Shown here one piece after another: positions 48,801-57,708 of a stretch of DNA of 64,000 nucleotides. Every line of letters starts with the position of its first letter. Positions within the stretch are counted from its first letter, which is position 1. The DNA is from an uncultured bacterium (GTDB lineage Bacteria; AUK180): assembly GCA_937863565.1 (NCBI GenBank), contig CALMGJ010000012.1:1-64000 (forward strand). The letters are read 5' to 3'. The translations under genes and the position numbers were made by a program. The notes beneath the pieces are model-generated. The model did not search any database and had not been told where the DNA came from. It saw only the letters and a program-made list of their open reading frames with translations.

Positions 48801-51800
48801 CGATCCTTATTCGGCCGAGGCGGTTTATGTCATCATCATCAATGCCGTTGCCGGGGATACGGAGACCTTCGTTCTCACGGAAACAGGCCCTTCCTCGGGT
48901 ATTTTCTACGGTTACATTTCTTCCGACGGCGGGCCTTCCTACACGGAAAATGGGAAGCTCTCGGCATACAATAATCAGATCTGCGCCCTTTCATATTCCG
49001 ATCCTTATGACGCTGCCGATATATCCGGAGGAGAGGTTCTTTTCAAGATGCCCACCAATGCGTCCATTTACACTACGGATGTAACAGGCCTTGTCGTGAA
49101 AGACCTCTTCTATGCGGGTGACAAGATCTTTATCAAAGCGGAGGATACCGACCGCAACAGGGACCTTTCAACTCAGGACCAGATAGAGATGACGATCCAC
49201 AGTACGGTAAAGAACGATACGGAAACGGTGATCCTTCATGAAACCGCCGTTTCCAGCGGCACCTTCTTCCTCTCGGAGGGGATAGGGACGCAGCGCGCAA
49301 CTGCTTCGATCGAGAACGGCGTACTTGAAGTGGCGAATTCGGATACGATAGTAGTGAGATATTCGGATATCTATGAGGATGCGGATATTTCTTACGCATA
49401 TGCTTTCATTGCAGAGGCTTCTTCCAGAGTTAAAACGCTGCATTTTCACGATCTCATCTGCGATACGTTCACCGGAACGAATACGATGTCCACCTCGGTC
49501 GCTTCGCTTTCATGGACACAAACTCCTGCGTTCAGAGAGGATTTTTATATTTCCGGGCTCCTTACGGGGACATTCTTCATTTCTTCCGCTGCCGATATTA
49601 CCGCATACTATACGGTGGAAAGGGTACTCCCGGGCGGCACTGCCCAGACGATCGCCAGTTCGGCGAATTTCAGCGTAAGCCCTTCCAATATCAGCTATGC
49701 GGTCTCGGTCTTTCCTTCAGTGAACAGTATCCGTGAAGGGGAGAAACTAAAGGTCAGCCTTTACCTCTCTGCTCCCGCTACGGTCTACTATAATTCGCCG
49801 TTGCGGGATTCTCGCCTCGATCTTCCCACGACCACCTTTGTCAATATCCCGGAAGCGGGCGCCTTCAGGTCCGATTATGCCTCCGATCCTTCCGGATCAT
49901 CGATATCCGGGAGTTTCTACATCGGACAGGATATTTTCTTCCGGCAGACGATCACTGACCCGTTCGGCAGCCAGGACATCCTGGATTCTAACGGCGCACT
50001 GCTCTATTCTCCATCCCTCGGATTCAATAATGACCTTATGACGCTCGCCTATGACAGCGGATATGACGCGAAGATCTATGGATCTGCTGCGAACACAACA
50101 ACAGAAGGCTTATACGACGTATTGTTCACTGCAGTGGAGTCCAACGGCGTAACGGACAGTTATGCGCTTCAGATCGCGGTCACCTCGACCGTCTCCTCCA
50201 TCAATACTACGGATGGGTCCGGCATAACGACGGACAGGTATCCTCTTTTGGACACCATTTACATTGTTCTTACGGACCGGGATAAAAACCTTACTTTTTC
50301 CAATGATACCGTAGCGGTCACTGTGGCCGATGCCATATCCGGCGACATCGAAACGGTTGTGCTCACTGAGACCTCGAATGACGGGATATTCAGGGGAAGC
50401 ATTGTAACGGGCGTCACTCCGGCATCCTCAGGCAATGGGATTCTGGAGACCTCCATCGGCAATACTGTCCAGATCTCATATACGGATATATATAAACCCT
50501 CGGAAACATGTTCGCGCACGGTATACATTATCGACCACACTTCATCAACGCTCGAAATACTTGATTCGGCAATGACCTCGAAATCTTCTTTCATGCCTAA
50601 TGAGAACTTCTATTCAAGGCTCACTGACGCGGACAGGAACCTGAATTCCCTGTTGCAGAACACGGTAACGGTAACGGCCGTATCCGTGATCAGAGGCGAT
50701 ACGGAAACGTTCACTCTTACGGAAACATCGGCGGCGAGCGGCGTTTTCCTCTCAAGCCTTCTGAAATTCTCACGGACCGCATCTTCACCGGAAGACGGCA
50801 TACTCGGCATATCGTCTCCCGACACCGTTGTATTCACTTATACGGACGCGTCAGATCCTGCGGACACATCATCCGTTACAGTGTCGATCATAAGTTCGAA
50901 TCTGGGCGTACTCTCACTCGATAAATCCGCGTACTACGAAACGGAAAGCGTTAATATCTCGCTTTGGGATCCCGATCTCAATACAAGCGCTGTTCTGGCG
51001 GAAACGGTTGAGATCTGGATCAGCTCGCAGAGCGGGGATACGGAAAAAGTGCTTCTAACGGAACTTTCTTCAGATTCAGAGACCTTTACAGGTTCGATCA
51101 GCGTACCGGAGAACGAAATGCCGTCCGTTTTCACTTTATATGACGGAACCTTACACTGCAGCGGATACACGGGAGCGAACACGATCTCGGCCGTTTATTA
51201 TGATGAGGCGAGCCCCTCTCCTTCAACGGTGGCCGTGGAAACCTCGGCTCTATTCTCTGGAACGGCGAAATATCAAATATTCAAGGAAAGGGAATTCCCT
51301 GCCAGGGCTCAGGGTGAAAGACAGAATTATACCATATCGCTCCGCAATTATTCCACAACACCCTCAGGTGCCGTTTCATTGCTGGACAAGATACCCCTCA
51401 ATACCGTTTACACTGCGGGCAGCGCTTCAGACGGCGGCGCTCTTATTGGCGAAACGGTCACTTGGAGCATTGCGAACCTTGACCCTTCGGCAACATTTTC
51501 CACAAGAACATTTTCAGTTGATGTGGATATTGCCGCGCCGGATTCCACTACAGTGGATAATATCGCTTTAGTAAGAGATGCTTCTAAAACGGTGTATGCA
51601 TCCGCTGTATCGTTCATCGTAGGAAAATTCCCCGAACTCGTGTTCAGCCTTGTTAACGATACTCCGGATCCGGTGAATGCAGGCAACAGCATTACATACA
51701 CTATGGCGGTCGAGAATATCGGAAATACGGCCGCTAAGAACATGCTCGTTTCCGCCTCGGTGCCGCCGCTTACTTCTTACTTATCCGGAGGCACGCTTTC

Positions 51801-54375
51801 CGTAGATACGGTGGTTTTTTCAGTAGCGCTCCTTCCCGCAGGGAGCTCTGACACTTTCGTTTATTCCGTTCTGACGGACTTGCCGATCGCTAACGGTACG
51901 GTGATCGAGCAGAACGCCTTCACAACGGCCGATAATTCGCCAAGGGTGAACAGCGGAGTAACGGGCACCACGGTCATCTCCTCGCCCTCCTTAGAGATCA
52001 TTAAAACCCAGGATATCATATATGCCTACTACGGCGATACGGTAACATACTCGCTCACCTTGAGAAATAACGGCAATGAGAACGCTGCCGATATTACTCT
52101 CGAGGATTCTGTCCCGTTTAATACGTTATTCCAGAACGCCACAGGCGGCGGGACCCTTTCCGGAGGCAAAGTGACCTGGACCGTGCCCGCACTCAATGCG
52201 GCATCCGAGATAACGGTCTCTTTCTCTGTAACGGTTTCGCTGACAGCCGGGGAAGGGGAGGAGATCTACAACCAGGCCCGCGCAAAAGAGTCCGCCGAAT
52301 CCCTTTGGGCATATTCGAATTCCGTTTATTTTGAAGTAAGGAGATACCCGTATCTGACTATCGATAAATATGCCCTTTCCGGAACGATCTATGCCGGAGA
52401 AACGGTTACATACAAGATCGTGATAAGAAACGACGGTTCGGATGCAGCGTCAGGCATCACTTTCACTGACGCTCTCCCGGCGCTCTTCTCCGTTTCTTCG
52501 GCAGATTTCACTTATACTCAGTCCGGACAGAACATATCATGGGCTCTGGCATCACTGCCCGAGGATGCCGGGAACACATATACGCTGACCCTTGTTTCGG
52601 ACATTTCGATCCCGAACAATACTCTTGCTACGAACGGGGTTACGGCAAACGCGTCATACGGCAATTCATCATACGACGAATGCGACGTGATCGTTCTGAA
52701 CTCTGCGGTCTTGATGCTTTCTCTTACCGCGCCCTCTTCGATCAACTGCGGAGAATCCTTCGTATACTATATCTCATACAGGAATGACGGCGCCGATCCT
52801 TTGACCGGCCTTGTTATATACGACACGGTTCCTTATCCGCTCTCTTATGTATCCGGAGGTTCTTTCGACGGAACGAAGGTGAGCTTCAATATCGGGAATG
52901 TACCCGCATATTCCCCCGCCGATACGGTATCCTATACCGTTACTGCCCCTGCTGTTTTTACTAACGGGTATATTGTGAACGACCGCGCATATGCATACTC
53001 CAATGAAATACCGTATGCCGGCTCTAATCCCGTCTCAACGACTATTGTATCTGCTCCCGAGATGAATGTTTCAAAAACGGTCAATCTTACTTCGGCTTCT
53101 GCGGGGGATACACTGCTCTATACGCTTATTGCGGAAAATACCGGTTCCGATACGGCCTTCAATATCGTTGCCTCGGATGTGCTTTCAGTCTACCTTCAGT
53201 ATGTTTCCGGCGCCGACTGGACATCCGGGAATACGGTGTATATCGATTTCGGCGACCTTGCGGCCGGAGCGATGTCTGCAAGGTCTTTCACAGTTATGGT
53301 CTCGACCGCCACGGCATCCAATTCCATTATCAATAACTCTGCCCTGTTCACCGGAGATAATTTCACGAACAGATCAACGAATTTCGTTCAAACGCTCATA
53401 GGCGTGTATCCGGACCCGGCGGTGCTAACTGTGACGAGAACGGTCTCGTCCTTTGCGATTGGCGATACATCCGTATTCACTGTCACTGTTGGCAATCCCG
53501 GCGATACCGGCTCCGCATCGTTCTACCTTTATATTGATGTTCCCGATTACTTCAGCATAGCAGATGCGGGTTCCGGGACCGTGACAGGCCAGACCATTAC
53601 ATACAATGAAGCCGCGCTTCCGGCATCCGGCTCAAGAGGCGAGACGTTCACGATCAGTTACGAGAACGCATCTTCGCATGTAAAAGACACCGATAATGTA
53701 GTGGCATATCTCGGCGTTCCTTTTACGCAGAAGACCACATCTAACGATACAAAACTTTCCAGCGTGACGCTTCTGAACGATACATACGACATTGCCGTGT
53801 TCAATTCCAAGAACGCGCAGTGCCGCACGCTAATGCCGGAGACGATCTTCCGCTCCGGAATGGAAGCGGATATCAGCTTGTCGGGAACAGTGATCTCGCC
53901 TAATTATGACGGCTATAAAGATACGGTGGACGTATTTTTCAATGCTGTAACGATCAATTTTGACGGCATTGACGACAGCGGCGATATCCTTCCCGACGGA
54001 GAATATTATGTGCGCTTGCGCGTGCAATACGCTTCGGGATCCGAGGTCATGGTAAAAGAGAACCTCCTTATAAATGCCGCTCCCGATAAAATCATACAAA
54101 ATCTGCGATTGTACCCCAATCCCGCCAAAGATACGATGCGGATCGCCTATTCACCGAATTATGCTGCCGATGTGACGGTGCATATCTATGATGTTGCAGG
54201 TAACAGCGTTCAAAAACTCGTGAATACAGATAAGGATGACGAGGAGATCGTATGGCTTCTTGATAATAAAACAGGCAAGAAAGTAGCTTCGGGCATCTAC
54301 TTCATAGTGATATCGGCGGAATATGAAGGTAAAAAAGAATCGTATGAACCTCTCAAAGGGGCGGTCATAAAATAG
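45796..54375 (+). CDS. Giant (2859 aa) repetitive surface protein: 10 Ig-like repeats, 7 DUF11 repeats, FlgD-Ig and T9SS-like CTD
   Basis: Signal peptide; DxDxN...DTE..LxET..SGIF repeats; GDTxTYTLxxxNxG repeats; ISPNYDGYKD; YPNP..ASGIYF..GAVIK. Confidence 0.85.
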   Translation: MGRLYRLSLVCALILIFAGSIRAAPKMEWGLMVGNSGAPAHYRKDDGLRVDFTVILKVTGDTSVKADTFAASLSLASGFDFPAGETSVKTIKNLYPNQVKYLYWNIKPPGTTMTVANALTMNASYWVSGIKYDLSAITRNMNVEESFSTPQFQVTNNIVGDLLPGGYVEVVQSVTISGGNNNRLAWGNFFDRYDVVKLVDIKSNVPFHSDPQTYSPYAAPLGTYEITYKFYIEPNAPTNVISLNNYFLGDTGTQWRTQDSQTLGTGIGSWVVYPQGFQGTVTECRSGIGAPGIPVSVYRMDNTLYDSRPATLSNGSYAFGVKDDGIYKLYFNDPADADFDSAYSSFLDDNGGAGYSISNGTIYTVNTCLYHYTSGAIYFDSSIYRDGDTVKVTVEDHDLNPDPNVKDTVNIILNSTAGDSENLTLTEVLPDVSVFEGTISADIAAYVRWDGTLQGANANTVTARYYDLKDYLGGASYQYAYAALYATTTSDLRFTDASFADASGYAVGNTVYIQLTDFDENENPAAVETVSVTVYNNDHTDTETALLTETGTATGIFRGSLPLDYKPASPGNSTVNADPGQVIYAFYSDNNDPTDTDIDSASIVAKTASAVYFTDFVARAYKYIAGEDTANIYLSDADRNLSNTVKEKLSVVITNSSDTETMNLLETSVASGIFTNTLPMTIGDFAGTSYDGTLNQPVDGALTVLYVDGNDGADTATDTVQCVIPSSASVAFLDSLGASATYYIIGKNIFIEVNDPDQNKNPLSAENLSVSVSASVSGDAETAVLSETGTDSGIFRNMIGLPLTEGSSSNGNGTLEASDPDTVTASYTDPTDPADNVQISVPVWSNAFSSSIYFTNSSKISVTGYIAGNPVYILISDMNLNIDAGKIDTGTCVVFNDTGTDSESVVLYETSSNSGIFFSGGLVSKTGASVPWDGSISFNNGGFIFARYTDPYDASDTALDSAYTVIKADSTFTTTDDDLNPASVFLIGQDIHVLVTDGNVNLDPYSAEAVYVIIINAVAGDTETFVLTETGPSSGIFYGYISSDGGPSYTENGKLSAYNNQICALSYSDPYDAADISGGEVLFKMPTNASIYTTDVTGLVVKDLFYAGDKIFIKAEDTDRNRDLSTQDQIEMTIHSTVKNDTETVILHETAVSSGTFFLSEGIGTQRATASIENGVLEVANSDTIVVRYSDIYEDADISYAYAFIAEASSRVKTLHFHDLICDTFTGTNTMSTSVASLSWTQTPAFREDFYISGLLTGTFFISSAADITAYYTVERVLPGGTAQTIASSANFSVSPSNISYAVSVFPSVNSIREGEKLKVSLYLSAPATVYYNSPLRDSRLDLPTTTFVNIPEAGAFRSDYASDPSGSSISGSFYIGQDIFFRQTITDPFGSQDILDSNGALLYSPSLGFNNDLMTLAYDSGYDAKIYGSAANTTTEGLYDVLFTAVESNGVTDSYALQIAVTSTVSSINTTDGSGITTDRYPLLDTIYIVLTDRDKNLTFSNDTVAVTVADAISGDIETVVLTETSNDGIFRGSIVTGVTPASSGNGILETSIGNTVQISYTDIYKPSETCSRTVYIIDHTSSTLEILDSAMTSKSSFMPNENFYSRLTDADRNLNSLLQNTVTVTAVSVIRGDTETFTLTETSAASGVFLSSLLKFSRTASSPEDGILGISSPDTVVFTYTDASDPADTSSVTVSIISSNLGVLSLDKSAYYETESVNISLWDPDLNTSAVLAETVEIWISSQSGDTEKVLLTELSSDSETFTGSISVPENEMPSVFTLYDGTLHCSGYTGANTISAVYYDEASPSPSTVAVETSALFSGTAKYQIFKEREFPARAQGERQNYTISLRNYSTTPSGAVSLLDKIPLNTVYTAGSASDGGALIGETVTWSIANLDPSATFSTRTFSVDVDIAAPDSTTVDNIALVRDASKTVYASAVSFIVGKFPELVFSLVNDTPDPVNAGNSITYTMAVENIGNTAAKNMLVSASVPPLTSYLSGGTLSVDTVVFSVALLPAGSSDTFVYSVLTDLPIANGTVIEQNAFTTADNSPRVNSGVTGTTVISSPSLEIIKTQDIIYAYYGDTVTYSLTLRNNGNENAADITLEDSVPFNTLFQNATGGGTLSGGKVTWTVPALNAASEITVSFSVTVSLTAGEGEEIYNQARAKESAESLWAYSNSVYFEVRRYPYLTIDKYALSGTIYAGETVTYKIVIRNDGSDAASGITFTDALPALFSVSSADFTYTQSGQNISWALASLPEDAGNTYTLTLVSDISIPNNTLATNGVTANASYGNSSYDECDVIVLNSAVLMLSLTAPSSINCGESFVYYISYRNDGADPLTGLVIYDTVPYPLSYVSGGSFDGTKVSFNIGNVPAYSPADTVSYTVTAPAVFTNGYIVNDRAYAYSNEIPYAGSNPVSTTIVSAPEMNVSKTVNLTSASAGDTLLYTLIAENTGSDTAFNIVASDVLSVYLQYVSGADWTSGNTVYIDFGDLAAGAMSARSFTVMVSTATASNSIINNSALFTGDNFTNRSTNFVQTLIGVYPDPAVLTVTRTVSSFAIGDTSVFTVTVGNPGDTGSASFYLYIDVPDYFSIADAGSGTVTGQTITYNEAALPASGSRGETFTISYENASSHVKDTDNVVAYLGVPFTQKTTSNDTKLSSVTLLNDTYDIAVFNSKNAQCRTLMPETIFRSGMEADISLSGTVISPNYDGYKDTVDVFFNAVTINFDGIDDSGDILPDGEYYVRLRVQYASGSEVMVKENLLINAAPDKIIQNLRLYPNPAKDTMRIAYSPNYAADVTVHIYDVAGNSVQKLVNTDKDDEEIVWLLDNKTGKKVASGIYFIVISAEYEGKKESYEPLKGAVIK

Positions 54376-54399
54376 AGCGGCGCCCGCCGAAGGGAAAAG

Positions 54400-54436
54400 C
54401 GAAGAAAATGAAGAATGAAAAATGGATAATGAAAAA
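54400..54436. repeat. Short heptamer tract (AATGAAN)
   Basis: aatgaag aatgaaa aatggat aatgaaa. Confidence 0.6.
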
Positions 54437-54440
54437 CCTA

Positions 54441-54720
54441 TTATTCTATTGTACGGTTAACATGTTAACGCGTTGAAATAAGGAAAGATATTTTAACTCG
54501 GAGACATTCTTATGTCCATCCGGAGACATTCTTATGGTCACTCAAAGACATTCTTATGGCCACTCAAAGGCATTCTTATGGCCACTCAAAGACATTCTTA
54601 TGGCCACTCAAAGGCATTCTTATGGCCACTCAAAGGCATTCTTATGGCCACTCAAAGGCATTCTTATGGCCACTCAAAGGCAAGCTTCTTGCCAACTCGT
54701 TAACTTGCAATGAATAACAA
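54441..54720. repeat. Intergenic MITE/REP-like element, copy 2, enclosing a 22-bp tandem array
   Basis: Ends similar to 11778-11902. Confidence 0.6.
54497..54682. repeat. Spacer-less 22-bp tandem repeat, 8 copies plus a partial (AGRCATTCTTATGGCCACTCAA)
   Basis: CATTCTTATG recurs at 54505, 54527, 54549, 54571, 54593, 54615, 54637, 54659. Confidence 0.95.
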
Positions 54721-54801
54721 CTCCCTCTAATCGCCGTGCGCTGCGTGTCTATCCGCCTTACTCCGCACTTCATGTTTTATATTGTGTTTCGATTATTTAA
54801 T

Positions 54802-55830
54802 TTATTTCATTTCCCTTTTTTCTATCTCGTCCTTTATCCGTTCCTTGCTGTCCTCTAATTTCCTGATCCTGTCCTTTATCTCTTCCTTCTCCGCTTCGTC
54901 AATATCCTTTATCCCGTCTTTCAGCTTTGCCACCTCGGCATCGATCCTGTCAAATCCTGTCTTGAGCTTGTCCAGTGTTTCCGCTGCCAGCGCTTTATCG
55001 AAAAGCAGTTCGTCCGGCGATGCCTGAACATGCTCTGTGAGATGGCTTTTTGCTTCCGGAATGAATTTCGTTACCGGTGAATGCGTGCGTATATTCTGAA
55101 ATGCAGGTGAAACGATCTCAACTCCCGCCGCGTGAAGCTCGTTAATAACAGCTTCATTCAGAGCAGATCTTTTTGATACAAGAAAATCCAGATCGGTAAG
55201 GAGGCCGTTCACGCGGTATGATACCGAAAAATCGTTCAGAGAGATGATGCTTATCCAGGGCTTTTCGAGACCGGCTTTCTCAGCGGCTTTTATCATCGCC
55301 TTTTTAATGGTCGTTATATCTTCATTGTATCCTAGTGAAACATTGGTCGAAATAACGGTGCCGGAATTGCGCAGCGTCCGCATAGGGTTCTGCACGAGAT
55401 ATAGACTCGGCAATGTAATAAGATCCCTCTCAAGGGTCTGGAGTTCTGTTTTTAAAATGCCTTTCTCCGCAACGCGACCGAAAAAACTTCCTGCCTCGAT
55501 GAAATCCCCCACTCTGTAACTTCGCATTATCCGCAGCATTATCCCGGCGATCAGATTCGAGAAAAAAGTAGTTGACGAAAATGCGATCAGAACAGCAAAG
55601 ATACCGCCGATCAGTTTGAATACCTGTTCCTTTGTCTTCCAGTCAAGCGGAAGAAGGATAATGAAGAACACGAGGGTAAAAAAAACTATCAACCCGCCCA
55701 CTGTTCTTTTAAATACCTTGCGCTGTCTGGTTATCGTGAATTTTTCCCCGAGGACCTTATTCACGAGAAGAAGCGCGGCCAAGGCGACCAGAACGGAAAT
55801 AATGCTGGGGAGAAAATCAACGGTTCTCAT
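54802..55830 (-). CDS. Small-conductance mechanosensitive channel (MscS family)
   Basis: SNLIAGIML, YRVGDFIE..GRV, VSLGY, AGVEIVSP; C-terminal coiled coil. Confidence 0.88.
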   Translation of the reverse strand: MRTVDFLPSIISVLVALAALLLVNKVLGEKFTITRQRKVFKRTVGGLIVFFTLVFFIILLPLDWKTKEQVFKLIGGIFAVLIAFSSTTFFSNLIAGIMLRIMRSYRVGDFIEAGSFFGRVAEKGILKTELQTLERDLITLPSLYLVQNPMRTLRNSGTVISTNVSLGYNEDITTIKKAMIKAAEKAGLEKPWISIISLNDFSVSYRVNGLLTDLDFLVSKRSALNEAVINELHAAGVEIVSPAFQNIRTHSPVTKFIPEAKSHLTEHVQASPDELLFDKALAAETLDKLKTGFDRIDAEVAKLKDGIKDIDEAEKEEIKDRIRKLEDSKERIKDEIEKREMK

Positions 55831-55866
55831 AATGACACCTCAATTCGGCAAAAGAAGGGAACGGGA

Positions 55867-57048
55867 TCAATCCTTCGGGAAGAAATAGTAATTCATGAAT
55901 TTCTTCTCAACAATGATCGCATTGGATATGTCGGCCGGTTTGCCCCCGGCCCTTCTGGAATATGCTTCTATCCTGAAATTTCTATATTGAAGATTCTTGG
56001 AAAGCCAGGTATTGTAATAATTCTCGATATCCTTCTTCAGCGAATCGTCTCCCCAGTGTATGATATCGGTATCCGTTATCAGGATCAGGCCGTACGGGGA
56101 TTTTTTTCTCCAAATGCCGTATCCGTTCTTCAATTCCGGCGTGTCAGACATGAAATAGATCGAATCCGGATCGATTAGCGATAGGTAAAAAAGAAAAGAA
56201 CTGCGTTCCTGCTTGTTCAATCCCGACAATTTTACGTTGAGCTCTTCTACGGGTTGGGCTCTCTTCACGAGGGCTCCCAGCATCTGTATGTTCTTTTTAT
56301 AATCGGCAATAATGCTGCTCAATCCGGTAAAAGTCAGAAATCGCACCGGAAGAACGGCTTTTCCTGAAAGCATTTCCCCTTTTCTCTCGAAGAACATGAG
56401 CATTTCAAGGCCATGGGTGAGAAGAGGAATTACGATGGTCCCCCCCTCTGCGATCTGGTCGAACCAGGGGATGTCCGGAGTGGCGCATGTTGAAATGATC
56501 GAATTGAACGGCGCTTTCTCAATGAACCCCTTGCCCCCGTCCGCAGTTATCACTTTGATATTCTTGTTCAATTTAGAAATATTGGTCATCGCGATCTTCG
56601 TTATCTCGGGATCGATCTCTATCGTTGTGATCTTATCCTCTCCGACGATCTCCGAGATGATGCTTGCATTGTATCCGCTCCCCGTTCCGATCTCCAATAC
56701 ATTATGGCCTGATTTGATATTGGAGATCTCGATCATATACAGGATCAAAGAAGGCTGAGAGCATGTGGAGAGCACCTCTCCTGCACCTTTAAAGGCGATC
56801 GGAAGGGGCCGGTCCTGGTAGATTATCCGGAGCTGTTCCTCCGTCGGATTCTCGGGATCCAATAATGCTTTCACCTGCTTTTTCTCTGTTTCATCATAAG
56901 AAAAAAGAGCGGGGATGAAGAAGTGCCTGGGAACATTGCAGAAGGCCTTTTTATTTTGAGGTTTGACCGAGGTTTTGAATACCCTGCGGAATTTATCCCA
57001 TACAGCCTCTTCAAGTGAATCCCTGTATTTTTTAATCATTTCTTCCAT
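55867..57048 (-). CDS. Protein-L-isoaspartate O-methyltransferase family protein with C-terminal extension
   Basis: VPRHFF, STCSQP, VLEIGTGSGYNA, DG..G..APF. Confidence 0.8.
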   Translation of the reverse strand: MEEMIKKYRDSLEEAVWDKFRRVFKTSVKPQNKKAFCNVPRHFFIPALFSYDETEKKQVKALLDPENPTEEQLRIIYQDRPLPIAFKGAGEVLSTCSQPSLILYMIEISNIKSGHNVLEIGTGSGYNASIISEIVGEDKITTIEIDPEITKIAMTNISKLNKNIKVITADGGKGFIEKAPFNSIISTCATPDIPWFDQIAEGGTIVIPLLTHGLEMLMFFERKGEMLSGKAVLPVRFLTFTGLSSIIADYKKNIQMLGALVKRAQPVEELNVKLSGLNKQERSSFLFYLSLIDPDSIYFMSDTPELKNGYGIWRKKSPYGLILITDTDIIHWGDDSLKKDIENYYNTWLSKNLQYRNFRIEAYSRRAGGKPADISNAIIVEKKFMNYYFFPKD

Positions 57049-57054
57049 TGTTAT

Positions 57055-57083
57055 ATTGTATTATTTATCGGCAATTTTGTCAA
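57055..57083 (-). promoter_or_regulatory. sigma70 promoter of the PIMT gene, probably leaderless
   Basis: TTGACA-17bp-TACAAT, ATG 6 nt downstream. Confidence 0.65.
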
Positions 57084-57091
57084 ATGGTTAT

Positions 57092-57120
57092 TTGATTTTT
57101 CATATGAAAAGGATTATAAT
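57092..57120 (+). promoter_or_regulatory. sigma70 promoter (divergent, back-to-back with the PIMT promoter)
   Basis: TTGATT-17bp-TATAAT then GGGAGG SD. Confidence 0.65.
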
Positions 57121-57136
57121 CAACCAGGGAGGTAAT

Positions 57137-57625
57137 ATGAGGAAAGCAGCCTTTATAGTTTCTGCGTTTTTATTGGCCGCAGTCATGCTTATACAGGACA
57201 GCGGACCAGTATATGCCGAGGAGACCGATTTGCAACAGGTTATGGCCTCGATCTGTCAGGATGTCGTGAACAGGATGCCCGTAGATGAAAAGTCCGAGTT
57301 CACGAATGACACGGTAAAGGTGTACTGCTGGTCCAAGATACAGCTTGAGACCGCCACACCGGAAACACCTGTGACCGTGATCCACAGATGGATTTATAAG
57401 GACAAGGTCATGGCCGAGATCGAACTTAATATTGCCGGGAATCCGTGGAGGACCTGGAGCTATAAAACCCTGGATTGTCACTGGACAGGCGAATGGAAGG
57501 TCGAGATCGTAGAGAAATCCACGGGTGAGGTCCTGAAGACCGTCAATTTCGCCGTTGTGAGTTCCAACGAGAAAAAGATAGAAGGGGAGAAGAAAGAGGA
57601 GATAGACAAGATCCTTGACGAATAA
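57137..57625 (+). CDS. DUF2914-domain secreted protein
   Basis: Signal peptide; VYCWS..V.HRW..WRTWSYK..GEWKVEI; SD supports start 57137. Confidence 0.8.
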   Translation: MRKAAFIVSAFLLAAVMLIQDSGPVYAEETDLQQVMASICQDVVNRMPVDEKSEFTNDTVKVYCWSKIQLETATPETPVTVIHRWIYKDKVMAEIELNIAGNPWRTWSYKTLDCHWTGEWKVEIVEKSTGEVLKTVNFAVVSSNEKKIEGEKKEEIDKILDE

Positions 57626-57708
57626 GGTCAAAAGACCGGCTCAGATCGCAGTTCCCGCCGCGAGGGAACCGCTTTTCCTGAGCTCTAGTTTTTTTCTTAT
57701 ATACGCGT

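Noticed and set aside
54497-54682. CRISPR array
   Set aside because: Repeats are contiguous with no unique spacers, and there are no cas genes in the window
54512-54703. 63-aa ORF over the 22-bp array (possible RiPP precursor)
   Set aside because: The period is not a multiple of 3, there is no clear SD, and the peptide repeat is a by-product of the DNA repeat
55867-57048. RiPP-associated (FxLD/lanthipeptide-type) methyltransferase cluster
   Set aside because: No precursor peptide or modification enzymes nearby
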